In this document: positions 9,676 to 19,942 of the stretch, piece by piece
Position numbering within the stretch: the first letter of the stretch is position 1
Layout of the letters: each line of letters opens with the position of its first letter
Assembly (NCBI GenBank): GCA_964622095.1
Contig: CAZUPP010000007.1
Location: 16,823-80,822 of the forward strand
Reading direction: 5' to 3'
Length of the DNA: 64,000 nt
DNA from: an uncultured Verrucomicrobiales bacterium
GTDB lineage: Bacteria > Verrucomicrobiota > Verrucomicrobiia > Verrucomicrobiales > CAZUPP01
The notes under the pieces: generated by a model
What the model was told of the DNA's origin: nothing
Seen by the model: the letters and a program-made list of their open reading frames with translations, nothing else
Database searches by the model: none
Program-made: the position numbers and the translations under genes

Positions 9676-10453
9676 GGGGACGTTCCTCCAAGCCGGCGCG
9701 GCTCTCGAATTCCGCTGCGATCTGGTCAAAGGCCAGGGCAGCCATAGGGGGGTTCTTATAGAGTAGGGCGACGGGGATTCCCTTGGCGCTGGCGCGCATA
9801 AAGGAGCGGGTCCGTGGCACCATCGCTTCCATGAGAATACCCTCCGGGATGAGCCGGTTCAATTCCTCAATCAGAGCGCGCACCTCCGCAATCCGTCGTT
9901 GCACCATGGTAAGAACGATACCGGCGAGGGCCGCGTTCATGCCTTTATCCTGCAGTTGCTGCATGATTTCGAGCACCTGCGGGGTAGAGCGGATGGAGAG
10001 GGGCTCAGCCTGTTCTGGCACGAGGATGTAATCGCTCTGGTGAAGAAACCCCATGGTTGGGCCGAAGAAGCCAGCGGGCGTGTCGATCACGAGAATCTCA
10101 TAGCGGGCTCTTTGAGCAGAATCAATCAGGCGGCTGATCAATTCCGGAGCGTAAAGGCGGTCTACCATCGTGGCTGCTTCGAAGGCCTTCACGCTGCCGG
10201 AGGTGAGAACGTCCAGATTGGGTTCCTTTGTGTGGAGCAGAGCATCCGCGAGAACGGCGCTTTCCTGAAGGATCTCACTGAGCCCGGTGACGTAGCGGGT
10301 GCGCCGGGAAAGGGACAGGCCAATAGCGCCTTGTGGATCGGCATCGACAAGGAGGACTTTCCAGCCGCGCCTGGCCAGGGAATAGGAAAGATTCAAGGCG
10401 AGGGTGGTTTTACCGACACCCCCTTTTTGGCTGGTTATGGAAAGCGTGATCAA
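9644..10453 (-). CDS. ParA/Soj/MinD family ATPase (orphan)
   Basis: Deviant Walker A SQKGGVGKTT, VLLVDADPQG, VIDTPAG. Confidence 0.93.
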   Translation of the reverse strand: MITLSITSQKGGVGKTTLALNLSYSLARRGWKVLLVDADPQGAIGLSLSRRTRYVTGLSEILQESAVLADALLHTKEPNLDVLTSGSVKAFEAATMVDRLYAPELISRLIDSAQRARYEILVIDTPAGFFGPTMGFLHQSDYILVPEQAEPLSIRSTPQVLEIMQQLQDKGMNAALAGIVLTMVQRRIAEVRALIEELNRLIPEGILMEAMVPRTRSFMRASAKGIPVALLYKNPPMAALAFDQIAAEFESRAGLEERPHERGKQNLLD

Positions 10454-10498
10454 TCGCGTTCAGGTCAGTTCTTTTAAGTTCGTTATGGGTGAAACGAA

Positions 10499-11269
10499 TT
10501 AGAGCATTGGCCGGGCATCTTGACCAGCCTTTGCCCGTGGATGGAGATAGCCGGTGAAGCGATCGCAAGCGCGCAGAACTTCCGCGAGCGCGCTGGCCAG
10601 GCGATACTCAAAATCATGGGGATGAATGGAAATGCGCAAGGGGCGTCCGCTGTTCTGCGCCCGACGGATGTTATAGGAATTAAAGATTCTCAGCGCCCGG
10701 GCACGGAAACGGGTGTCCGCTTCATAGCCTGCCAGGGGCAGGGGAATCCACGGTTCATAAGCTTCACCCGGGTAGTAGACACCCTGAAAATACTCGTAAG
10801 CCGTAAATGGCAGAGGCTGGAGATCGCCCCGTCGAGGTGCACCCATGGCCCAGGCGGGCGGGACGTAAAGCGCAGGACAGGGGGCGATATCGTGCTGCCC
10901 GAACCAGTCGTGACATCTTTTGATCAAATCACAGACGCCGTCAGCATCCCGTTCCAGATGTTCGGCGACGTTTCGGGAAATGACGGCACTATGCACGCGG
11001 TGCCAGAGTGAGCCGAAGCCCTGGATTTTATGAAGCCAGCCATGGCCAGCTAACTCAATACGGTCATCATCGCCCCAGGCCTGGATCTGGGCGATCTGAG
11101 GTGCCTGCCACTCTCTGCCCGGCACGATGAGCAAAGTAAGAGGTTGCACGGCAAACTCCCCCAGGAGGCGGTCGACGACTTGACGAATCAAATCGAAATT
11201 TTCTGGCATAACGTCATGAAGTGAGACGATGCCAGTCAGCGGAGACTTCGTCCGTCCTGCCACGGTCAT
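10499..11269 (-). CDS. Polysaccharide deacetylase-like protein (DUF2334/CE4-type)
   Basis: VSLHDVMP, ELAGHGWLH, YVPPAW, LRISIHPHD. Confidence 0.85.
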   Translation of the reverse strand: MTVAGRTKSPLTGIVSLHDVMPENFDLIRQVVDRLLGEFAVQPLTLLIVPGREWQAPQIAQIQAWGDDDRIELAGHGWLHKIQGFGSLWHRVHSAVISRNVAEHLERDADGVCDLIKRCHDWFGQHDIAPCPALYVPPAWAMGAPRRGDLQPLPFTAYEYFQGVYYPGEAYEPWIPLPLAGYEADTRFRARALRIFNSYNIRRAQNSGRPLRISIHPHDFEYRLASALAEVLRACDRFTGYLHPRAKAGQDARPML

Positions 11270-12480
11270 GCCTTTACCTCAGCGTATTGAGTCAGGATCT
11301 CCAGCCATTGGACGATGGTGGATTCATTGAGCGCACGGGCGGCGAGGTAGCCGGTCTCGGCTTTCGCAGCGCGTTCCTCCGGACCCAGATGGGAAATCCG
11401 GCGTAGCGCATCGGCCACGGTTTCATTCGGTTCAATGGAATACAGGCCGGCAGCCAGCTCGGGCCATTTGAGGATTCCGCAATTCGAAGAAACGAGGACC
11501 AGAGTATGCCTCGACATCGCTTCGACCGCGATCGTCCCGAATGATTCGATGGAGCTGGGCAGCACCAGGATGTGGGCATCATCAAGAACCTCTTTCAGCT
11601 GCGGGCGCTTGAGCCAGCCGAGGAACGTGAAGTTGGAAAGATCTTTTGCTTCCGCTTCGATCTTCTCCCGGTCCGGCCCGTCACCTGCGATAAAGAAATG
11701 AAGATTGGGCATTTGTCGGGCGGCCTGGACCATGGCGTGCACATTCTTCTCCGGCGCGATCCGGCCGGCGTAGACGACATTGAGCATTTCCTCGCCTGGG
11801 ACATGTCTGGTGGGTTCATCGAGGAAACGCTTGGCGATCGGCGTGCCGACCTCGATGACTTTCTCAGCGCCCAAACTGCGGGCCGTCTCGCTCATTTCCT
11901 GGTTGTTGGCCAGGACAGCAACGCTTCTGTTAAACAGGACGCGGTTGACAAAGGAGAAATAGTTGCGGTTTACGATTGAACCGATGGAGCCCCAATAGAG
12001 TTGGCTTAGTTGGGCCATGTGGGTATGAAAACCCACGACAAAGGGCAGCTTCCTGCGCTGGGCGACATGCATGCCATAGAGGGCAAAGGGTCCCGGGGTA
12101 GCCGCAACGATGACGTGAGGGTCCAGTCGCCGGATGCCGCGGGAAATCCGCCGCACATGAGGGAAGAAAATCTTCTGGGTGGGATCCCCTGGCATCGGCA
12201 CCTGAATGCGTCCATGGTGACCTCCGGTGCTTTCGCTATAAGGGCAAAAGAGCTTCGCCTTACCCAAGCGCTCCTGAAGGTGGTCAACCAGGTCCCGGTA
12301 ATAGGTGCCGACTCCATTGCGGCTGTCCGCTGCGTCAGAAACAAAAGCCACACGCAGGTGCGCGGCCCGGCGCTCCAGGTCAGCGAGCTCCCCGCTGGTG
12401 GTGGAAAAAACGCTACCCGGCAGGGCGTCTGCCACTAGCTCCGTGCCGCTGGTGGTGAGGACGGGTGCGGGGTCGGACAT
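11266..12480 (-). CDS. GT4 family glycosyltransferase
   Basis: FVSD...NGV, ATPGP, FHT, YAGRIAPEKN, GDGP, PSSIESFGTIAVEAM. The start could lie further upstream (12519 or 12624). Confidence 0.9.
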   Translation of the reverse strand: MSDPAPVLTTSGTELVADALPGSVFSTTSGELADLERRAAHLRVAFVSDAADSRNGVGTYYRDLVDHLQERLGKAKLFCPYSESTGGHHGRIQVPMPGDPTQKIFFPHVRRISRGIRRLDPHVIVAATPGPFALYGMHVAQRRKLPFVVGFHTHMAQLSQLYWGSIGSIVNRNYFSFVNRVLFNRSVAVLANNQEMSETARSLGAEKVIEVGTPIAKRFLDEPTRHVPGEEMLNVVYAGRIAPEKNVHAMVQAARQMPNLHFFIAGDGPDREKIEAEAKDLSNFTFLGWLKRPQLKEVLDDAHILVLPSSIESFGTIAVEAMSRHTLVLVSSNCGILKWPELAAGLYSIEPNETVADALRRISHLGPEERAAKAETGYLAARALNESTIVQWLEILTQYAEVKA

Positions 12481-12627
12481 TCCCTCAGTGCCTTTTCCGG
12501 ATGTGGTGGAGGTCAGCATGGTCAGGAAGGTGCGGACGGAATTGCCGTGGACAGATTCAACAGTTCTGGGCTGAAGGGGTAAGGCCGCGAGCCGTAGGTA
12601 GGCGCGGAGAGGGGGTGGAGTCAATTC

Positions 12628-13854
12628 TCAATCCTGGCCACCGGGAGGATCAAACGCATGCTGAGCATAGACGGCGGCGAATTTCCCCGCAACATCATTG
12701 GCATCCAAACCCACCGTCTTAGCCGCGTATCTGTGCTGACTGACGTATTGCCGGGCATCCCGGCTTTGCTCTTCAAGCCGGCGAAGATCTGCCTGAGAGA
12801 GAGCCCCGAGTTCAAGCTGGTCAAAGATCCGGCAGATTTCGCCGGTCAGATCTGCCTTGAACCTCTGCAGGTAGACAAAGGTGAATTGGTTGGCCGGGCG
12901 TTTCCCGGATTCCGCATGCAAATGCTCATAGTAGTGGAGCATGGCCTCAACGAGGCGCTGCCGGACGATTCCCCTGGCTTCAGGCTGGGTGGCGGTGCGG
13001 AAAAAGCTCATGCCGGAGGAGACTGAACTGAGCAGGGAGGGCACGGTTTTGTGTGGCTCCCGCATGCAGCAAATGACCCGGCAATCAGGAAAGGTCTCAT
13101 AGAGGGAACCGGTCCAGGAGGCGAAGGCGGCGTTCTTTGAGAGCAGGCGCTTTTGTCCCTGCTGACCGAAAACATAGAGGTGTTTTTGCAGGCAGGCTTT
13201 GTAAAAGCGCATGATTCTTTCGCGCTCAGTCTTCGGGAGACTCTCGTCGAATCGGGTCAACCGCCAAAGGGCGGGAAAGGGCAGGGGGAGCACGAGGATG
13301 AAACAGGCGTAAAGGGGCACGAGGGTAAAGTAGTCTTCCTCAGGGGCGCGTAATGAGACTGGGTGGATGCCCTCGGCCCCACGGAAGATTTTTCTTTCTG
13401 CCCAATTGAGGAGCCGGGCAAAGGGCCGCCCGATGAACCGATCAAGGGTGGCGAGACCGAGCCAAAGTCTCCTAAAGGTGACAGAAAGGGCGAGAAAGAG
13501 CTCCCAGGTCTGAAAAGTCGTGAAGCCTTCCGCGCCGCCCGCGAGCGCTCGATGCATGGAAGTGGTGCCGCTTCGCGGGGGGCCGAGCACGAAGACCGGT
13601 GCCTTGACCTCCACCTTGCGGTAGCCCCGGAAGAAAATCTCATCGAGAAGAAAGCCGAACCAATGGGAGAGTTGAAACGGCAGAAGCAGGGGCCAAAGCA
13701 GAAGCAGAAGGAAGCCCCGCGACCAATTGAGAGCGCCCAGCGCTTTTGGCTCAGGCGGCGAGGCGGACTGGAAAAGCAGAGCGCCAGTCCGTCTCAAAAA
13801 ATATATAAAGTCACTGAACCTCAAGGTGTCCCTACCAGTGCCAGGCTTCCGCAA
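12628..13854 (-). CDS. PAPS-dependent sulfotransferase (Sulfotransfer_3-like) with N-terminal hydrophobic segment
   Basis: 5'-PSB loop PVFVLGPPRSGTT, PEED, LLSKN, and 3'-PB motif MREP...VPS. Confidence 0.9.
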   Translation of the reverse strand: MRKPGTGRDTLRFSDFIYFLRRTGALLFQSASPPEPKALGALNWSRGFLLLLLWPLLLPFQLSHWFGFLLDEIFFRGYRKVEVKAPVFVLGPPRSGTTSMHRALAGGAEGFTTFQTWELFLALSVTFRRLWLGLATLDRFIGRPFARLLNWAERKIFRGAEGIHPVSLRAPEEDYFTLVPLYACFILVLPLPFPALWRLTRFDESLPKTERERIMRFYKACLQKHLYVFGQQGQKRLLSKNAAFASWTGSLYETFPDCRVICCMREPHKTVPSLLSSVSSGMSFFRTATQPEARGIVRQRLVEAMLHYYEHLHAESGKRPANQFTFVYLQRFKADLTGEICRIFDQLELGALSQADLRRLEEQSRDARQYVSQHRYAAKTVGLDANDVAGKFAAVYAQHAFDPPGGQD

Positions 13855-13864
13855 GGAGCAACCT

Positions 13865-14461
13865 TTAGTTTAAGCCGACCGAAATGGCATCGGCTTCTTC
13901 GATCTCCTGGTTTTGCTGAGCTTCAGCGAGAATCTTCAGACGCTCAAGGCCGTCTTCGAACATTGGGCCAACCGTCAGCTCCATGAACTGGGCCGCGTAG
14001 CCGCCCAGGACCGGGGTATTGTCCTTCCCATTGAAGCCCCAACTGACCTGAGTTTTCTGCGGGAAACTCTCCGGATCACTTACGGGGGGACCTAAAATGA
14101 GCGTGGCGGCGGCGGTAGAGTTACCATCCTTAAAGCTCACAAAGTAGCGCACACTCTGGTTCGGGGTGACTTCCTCAATTTTGAGGGAGCCGCCTCCATG
14201 GCTGTCTTCCCAGGATTGGGTTGCGCCAACGCCTTGGGTAATCTCGCCCAAGGTTATGTCAACCGCTGGATCATCAGCCCACGGTTGCCACTCGGGCCAA
14301 TCTTCCAGATCATTGATGTAAGGGAAGATCACTTCAGGTGGCGCATCGATGGTTATCGAGCGGTTGACGCTGAAATTCGGCGAGAGGATGAGACCGATGA
14401 CAACCAGCACCATGACGAATGCGAAAATAGCAATCGCAGTCCAGAAGAAGAATTTTTTCAT
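13865..14461 (-). CDS. SRPBCC/polyketide cyclase family protein with N-terminal membrane anchor
   Basis: VNRSITIDAPPEVIF...WPEWQPW and C-terminal FEDGLERLK helix. Confidence 0.88.
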   Translation of the reverse strand: MKKFFFWTAIAIFAFVMVLVVIGLILSPNFSVNRSITIDAPPEVIFPYINDLEDWPEWQPWADDPAVDITLGEITQGVGATQSWEDSHGGGSLKIEEVTPNQSVRYFVSFKDGNSTAAATLILGPPVSDPESFPQKTQVSWGFNGKDNTPVLGGYAAQFMELTVGPMFEDGLERLKILAEAQQNQEIEEADAISVGLN

Positions 14462-14632
14462 AAGCAATCCATCTGGCGGGCAGGAGAGCAGGCAAGCTCA
14501 TACGCGGTGAAAAAGACTGACCGGGAGGTTGCTAGCATTTGGTGAGCCGAAGATAAACTAAAAAACCTGAAATCCCGTGGCGGGTTGACGGTTGCCTTTT
14601 GGGTAACTTCTGATTGGGTTACCCCTCAGACT

Positions 14633-17005
14633 ATGGTGAAGCAAAAAGAAAGGGAAAGCCCAGCGGATTTTCATCTGGCCAGTGAGTATTCGCCCAAGGG
14701 CGATCAGCGTCAGGCGATTGCCAAACTGTCCAGGAGTGTGGAAGCCGGTAACCGCCACCAGACGCTGCTGGGGGTGACGGGCAGCGGAAAAACATTTACC
14801 ATGGCGAATGTGATCAAGAATACCGGGAGGCCGGCTCTTATTCTCAGCCATAACAAGACGCTTGCCGCTCAGTTATACAGTGAATTCAAGGCATTTTTTC
14901 CGGACAATGCGGTCGAATATTTTGTGAGTTATTTCGATTACTATCAGCCGGAAGCTTACATTCCGACGACCGATACCTATATTGAGAAAGATTCGAGCAT
15001 CAATGATGAAATCGAACGGTTGCGTTTGAGTACGACCAGCTCATTGCTGAGCCGGCGGGATGTGATTGTGGTGGCCAGCGTGAGCTGCATTTATGGTTTG
15101 GGATCTCCTGAAGATTTCGAGAATATGATGCTCTATCTGGAAACCGGGAAGGAGATGAATCGTGAGATCGTTCTGCGGCGCTTGATCGACATGCTATATG
15201 AGAGAAACGATATTGCCTTCCAGCGTGGCACATTCCGGGTGCGAGGAGATACGGTGGACGTTTACCCGGCTAACCTGGATGAAGAGAGTTTTCGGGTGGA
15301 GTTTTTTGGCGATGAGATTGATCGAATTACGCGGTTCGACCCGGTTTCGGGAGAAATGCTGGAGGAGGTGGATCGCGTGGTGTTTTATCCGGCAAAGCAG
15401 TTTGTGACGCCTTACGAAAAGATGCAGCGCGCGATGAAAGCGATCCGGAAAGAGCTGGATGAGCGGGTGGCAGAATTCGAGAAGGAGCAGAAACTCCTCG
15501 AAGCTCAGCGCATCCGGATGCGAACGGAATATGATCTGGAGATGATGGCGGAGATGGGTTTCTGCCAGGGAATTGAAAACTACAGCCGACATTTAAGTGG
15601 CCGGGAAGCGGGTCAGCGGCCATTTACCCTGCTCGACTTTTTTCCGGAAGATTACCTGACGATTGTTGACGAGAGTCACACGACGATTCCGCAGATTGGG
15701 GGAATGTATGCGGGTGATATTTCCCGGAAGCGCACTTTGGTGGATTTTGGATTTCGTCTTCCCAGCGCGCTGGATAACCGGCCGTTGAATTTTAATGAGT
15801 TCATGGGGATGACCAATCAGTTGCTTTATGTAAGTGCGACTCCAGGAGATTTTGAGATTGAGAACAGCGTAGTTGGGAATATTCACTATAAAGAGAATAA
15901 AAAGGTCTTGACCGGCGAGCAACCGCTGAAGCCCCGTCGTTTGCCGCGTATCTCAAAAACAACCGACGATCCGTCAGAATTTGACGTGACGACAGAGGGA
16001 AAGCCGCTGGTCGTGGAGCAGATTATCCGGCCGACGGGTCTGCTCGATCCAACGATTGAGATAAAACCGTTGAAGGGACAGATTGATGAGACAATCGAGA
16101 ACTGCCGTCAGCGGATCGATCAGGGAGAGAGGGTGCTGATCACGACGCTGACCAAGCGAACGGCGGAGGATCTGACTGATTATCTGCGGGATGTGGGATT
16201 GAAAGTGCGTTATCTGCACAGTGAAATCGATGCGATTGAACGCGTGGAAATTTTGCGTGATCTGCGTGCGGGCGCCTTTGATATATTGGTGGGAATTAAT
16301 CTCCTGAGGGAGGGGCTTGATCTGCCGGAGGTCAGTCTGGTTTGTATTCTGGACGCAGATAAAGAAGGATTCCTGCGCAGCGAAACGAGCCTTATTCAGA
16401 CTTCCGGGCGGGCGGCGCGGCATGTGAACGGGCATGTCGTGCTCTTTGCCGACACAATAACGGGAAGCATTCAACGGCTGCTGGATATTACCAACTACCG
16501 GCGGGACCGGCAGGTAAAATATAATGAGAAGCACGGCATTACGCCGCAAAGTGTGAAGCGCGGCGTGCAATCAAGTCTGCACGCTATCATGAAAGGGCGA
16601 GATGTCGCGCAGAGCGTCGTGGCAGAAACGGCGGAAGATTTTGACGTTTCCGAAGTGTTACGTGAACTGGAAGAGGAGATGGCGCAGGCTTCCGCGAAAA
16701 TGGAGTTTGAGCGGGCCGCGCTGTTGCGGGATCAGATCAACGAATTGCGCCAGAGCACTGGGATGGAGCTTCTTGGGAGCGGCAGGAAAAAAGTCCGCTA
16801 CGGTGAAAAACCGGGGAGGAAAGTGAAGAGCGCGAGCGAAGAACAGGAAAGCGACCTTTCGCTGCTCCTAGGTGAAGATGGGGAAGACGAAGGCTCAAAC
16901 GAACAGTCTGCAGCCAAGAGTGAGGGCGTAGCGGGAAGGCGGTCCCCAGCAAAAGGGCGACGCGGCGGGGGGAGACGCAAACGAACAGCCGGGGGAGGCA
17001 GTTAA
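14633..17005 (+). CDS. uvrB: Excinuclease ABC subunit B
   Basis: [50 protein letters not shown], and UVR domain FERAALLRD. Confidence 0.98.
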   Translation: MVKQKERESPADFHLASEYSPKGDQRQAIAKLSRSVEAGNRHQTLLGVTGSGKTFTMANVIKNTGRPALILSHNKTLAAQLYSEFKAFFPDNAVEYFVSYFDYYQPEAYIPTTDTYIEKDSSINDEIERLRLSTTSSLLSRRDVIVVASVSCIYGLGSPEDFENMMLYLETGKEMNREIVLRRLIDMLYERNDIAFQRGTFRVRGDTVDVYPANLDEESFRVEFFGDEIDRITRFDPVSGEMLEEVDRVVFYPAKQFVTPYEKMQRAMKAIRKELDERVAEFEKEQKLLEAQRIRMRTEYDLEMMAEMGFCQGIENYSRHLSGREAGQRPFTLLDFFPEDYLTIVDESHTTIPQIGGMYAGDISRKRTLVDFGFRLPSALDNRPLNFNEFMGMTNQLLYVSATPGDFEIENSVVGNIHYKENKKVLTGEQPLKPRRLPRISKTTDDPSEFDVTTEGKPLVVEQIIRPTGLLDPTIEIKPLKGQIDETIENCRQRIDQGERVLITTLTKRTAEDLTDYLRDVGLKVRYLHSEIDAIERVEILRDLRAGAFDILVGINLLREGLDLPEVSLVCILDADKEGFLRSETSLIQTSGRAARHVNGHVVLFADTITGSIQRLLDITNYRRDRQVKYNEKHGITPQSVKRGVQSSLHAIMKGRDVAQSVVAETAEDFDVSEVLRELEEEMAQASAKMEFERAALLRDQINELRQSTGMELLGSGRKKVRYGEKPGRKVKSASEEQESDLSLLLGEDGEDEGSNEQSAAKSEGVAGRRSPAKGRRGGGRRKRTAGGGS

Positions 17006-17010
17006 ATGCG

Positions 17011-19209
17011 TCAGTTCTGGAAAATGCTGTAATTCTTGGGGAACGCCTTGATGGTGCAGAAATAAATCTCGTCAGTCAGTCGCTGGGTTCGCTCAGGCAG
17101 GTTTCTCGTCCTTCCGGTTGCGTCGATATACTTAAAGGGATCAAAATCCGCCACCGTTGAGGCATTCCAAGGTTCTATGCCCATCGCAACACCCACCAGA
17201 TTTCCACGGTCATCGATAATAGGTGAACCGGGCAAATAGTCATCGTAGACAGCGTCCTGTAGTTTCAGAGACACATTCCATTCGCCGGCAGATTTGTCTT
17301 TGGACACGGTGCCTTTTACGACACGCTGCTCGAAAGATTGCTGACCATCGGCCGTGACGATCTCAGGAATCACGAGATAAACTTCGTCACCGTCCCTGAT
17401 GGGTTTGGTTTCAAGGACAAGTGGTTCGGTGGGCAATTGTTCGGGAAGTGTGTCCGGAATCAAATATGCAATTGGGGTGTCCACGTAATTTAGCGGGTTC
17501 TCACCCCAGACCATAAATCCGGAAGCCTTCTCACGAGAACTGTCTAAAGGCTGCAGCCGCCATCGGGTGAGGGCGCCGGAGGCGATCTGTTCGATATTCA
17601 GTGGAGGAATGACACCGTAGCGTTCGCTGCTTGCGGCGCCACAGATGACGATCATGATATTCTCCTTCCTATCCTTAAGAAGAAAGGAGGACCCATATAG
17701 AAGAGCCGTACTCTCCGGAAACACAGCATTATTGGTTCCGACCAGCGGAGGCCATTCTTCAGGTTCTTTGGAAATCCATTCCGTGGCGGGCTTACGCTTG
17801 GTTAGCAAGTCGTTAACCCATTCCGTGGAGAGCAATTCAAATGAATAGCGCATCCCGATGTAAACCACTGCGACCATCGCGCCAATGATGAAGGCGCCAA
17901 AAACGGCTTTCTCAAGAGGACCGAACATGCGTTCTCTCTTCGCGTCTTCATCATTGCGGAATTCCTCGCGGAGACGTGCCTGGCACAGCTTGCAGACCGA
18001 GCGCATCCCATATCTATCAACCATGTGCTTGGGGAAGTCTTTGCCACATTCCTTGCACTTGACGCGTTCGATATCCGGCGCATCCAGGATCGGTCCCCTG
18101 TCCTCATCCAAGCGCTCGCCGAGTTTGACCCGTCCGGGCTCAGGAGAGCGTTGCGGCTGGCGCAACTCAGGCTCTGGTTCGGTCAGCTTGGAGTAGCTCA
18201 GGTCAGTGGGTAGGACGATCTTTCCCCCGGCGTGTAGTTCACCTGCCTGGGTCGGCTCAGGATTGATCGTCTGGCCCGGGAAATTCTTCATCCTGAAAAA
18301 GCCGGGCCGGTTGATTCCCTCGATGGCCGGTTGCTCCGTCGCATCGGGTCGGGCCTGCATCCAGGAGGATGAGGATTTGCCAAGGGGCGAATCCCTGAGC
18401 CTTCCGTCCTCGGAAGGGGTTGTCACCGAAGAAGCAACCGGAGCCGAAGTATCCGCCAAGGAATCTGAAGGTTCATCGGGCGTGGAGGCATGATCCTGCT
18501 CAGACTTTTTTTCAGATAGGCCGGTATTCGGGACAAGTTTGTTTGTGCTTAGTGAGCGGCCCAGAACGCTCAGGCCGGTTTGAGCCTTGCCATCCCAAGG
18601 CGTGTCCGCAGGGTCCCGGTGCTCTTTTTTGGTGCTTCGTTCGGCACTGGACGCGGCGGCCTGTTCGTCCAGTTGATTATTTGGAAGGTTGTCATCGGCC
18701 GATGTTTCCTGTCCGCCGCCAGCATCGAGAATTTGACGCTGACTGATCCCGCCCGGCATGGGTCGATTTTCTCTGGGGACCGGTTTGGTGCGCGGAGCGA
18801 GCTCGAAGTTGCTGCCACGGCCTTCCCAGCGTGGAGCGCCCCGTGATTTAGGGGGCTTGAGCCGGGTTGGATCAGGAACGGGAGCGGGTTGAGGCGCCTC
18901 CGGGCCAGACGGTGGGCCGGGTGGGACCTGACGAGATACGCCGGGTGCTTTAAGGGCGCTGGAAGCCGCGAATACCGGGGAGGCGGATGCTTGGATGGCC
19001 TCAGCGGGTGGAGGGGGAGGGGCAGGGGCAGCGGGCTGGGCAGTCATCGCTTGGGGGAACTGCTCAGAAAAGCGCGTCCAGTTCGCGAGCCCTTTCGTCC
19101 AGACTAGCGTGGCGTCCGTCACCACCCCGTTTTGGCGCAGCATGACAAGTTGCTCTTCCGGCAGGGGCCCAACCGGACTCTTGTCCTTGACGTAATACCA
19201 ACTGGCCAT
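17011..19209 (-). CDS. GYF_2 (DUF4339) domain membrane protein with zinc ribbon and trypsin-like C-terminal domain
   Basis: WYY...VGP...TLVWTKGLANW; Pro-rich linker; CKEC...CKLC; one TM segment; C-terminal GSPIIDDRGNLVGV. Confidence 0.8.
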   Translation of the reverse strand: MASWYYVKDKSPVGPLPEEQLVMLRQNGVVTDATLVWTKGLANWTRFSEQFPQAMTAQPAAPAPPPPPAEAIQASASPVFAASSALKAPGVSRQVPPGPPSGPEAPQPAPVPDPTRLKPPKSRGAPRWEGRGSNFELAPRTKPVPRENRPMPGGISQRQILDAGGGQETSADDNLPNNQLDEQAAASSAERSTKKEHRDPADTPWDGKAQTGLSVLGRSLSTNKLVPNTGLSEKKSEQDHASTPDEPSDSLADTSAPVASSVTTPSEDGRLRDSPLGKSSSSWMQARPDATEQPAIEGINRPGFFRMKNFPGQTINPEPTQAGELHAGGKIVLPTDLSYSKLTEPEPELRQPQRSPEPGRVKLGERLDEDRGPILDAPDIERVKCKECGKDFPKHMVDRYGMRSVCKLCQARLREEFRNDEDAKRERMFGPLEKAVFGAFIIGAMVAVVYIGMRYSFELLSTEWVNDLLTKRKPATEWISKEPEEWPPLVGTNNAVFPESTALLYGSSFLLKDRKENIMIVICGAASSERYGVIPPLNIEQIASGALTRWRLQPLDSSREKASGFMVWGENPLNYVDTPIAYLIPDTLPEQLPTEPLVLETKPIRDGDEVYLVIPEIVTADGQQSFEQRVVKGTVSKDKSAGEWNVSLKLQDAVYDDYLPGSPIIDDRGNLVGVAMGIEPWNASTVADFDPFKYIDATGRTRNLPERTQRLTDEIYFCTIKAFPKNYSIFQN

Positions 19210-19364
19210 AGTGCTTGCTTCGTTCCGTGGAACGACTCTTGAAGCAGTCTACGATCGTTACCGGCATGCACAAATAAAAAGGCGGCTCAAGCACGCTGGG
19301 TCTGCATTGATCCATCCCCTCCCGAACCAGGAATTCTTGAGAATCACTATAAATTTTAGAGGCT

Positions 19365-19928
19365 ATGCCGATAGATAATCCGCAACCCGACAATCCCAAC
19401 CAGACTGAAAATGGCGCGTCTCAAGGTGCGACTCGCGACGCTACGACTTCCACCGCGCTGACCGCCGCGGGCATGGACGAAGTTGGGACAAATATCATGG
19501 CTTACCCAGCCAGCCGCCTCAGTCCCCGGATCATCCCGAACGATATGAGCACCATCAAGACGCGTGGTGCCACTCAGGTGCAGAAAGTATTCCTGCAGCG
19601 CATGTCTGAGCTAAAAAAGCAATATGAGGTGCTCATGGATGAATTCCACTGGAACAAGCTGGTATGGGAATCCCGCTTTAGTTTCGAACCGACGATGGGT
19701 GAGAAATATTTTCTTTATCAGGATGAGGTGAGCAAGGAAGCGACGGGTGTGCCAACCTTCTCACTATCTATGATCAACCCGCAGGAGTGGTCCCACAAGA
19801 ACTGGATAGGATCATTTGAACTGGGAGCAGACAGCAAGTGGCACCCCATTGAACTCAAGGAAGATTTTGAGCTCAACACCGTGATGGAGGCTTGGTATGC
19901 CGCTCACCCCGAAGAGGTTTCCGCCTGA
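19365..19928 (+). CDS. DUF2452-like hypothetical protein
   Basis: FSFEPTMGEKYFLY...SMINPQEW...WIGSFELGADSKW pattern. Confidence 0.7.
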   Translation: MPIDNPQPDNPNQTENGASQGATRDATTSTALTAAGMDEVGTNIMAYPASRLSPRIIPNDMSTIKTRGATQVQKVFLQRMSELKKQYEVLMDEFHWNKLVWESRFSFEPTMGEKYFLYQDEVSKEATGVPTFSLSMINPQEWSHKNWIGSFELGADSKWHPIELKEDFELNTVMEAWYAAHPEEVSA

Positions 19929-19942
19929 AATGACCGACCGGA

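Noticed and set aside
15865..16010. Intein in UvrB
   Set aside because: Too short and lacks the terminal His-Asn splice motif.
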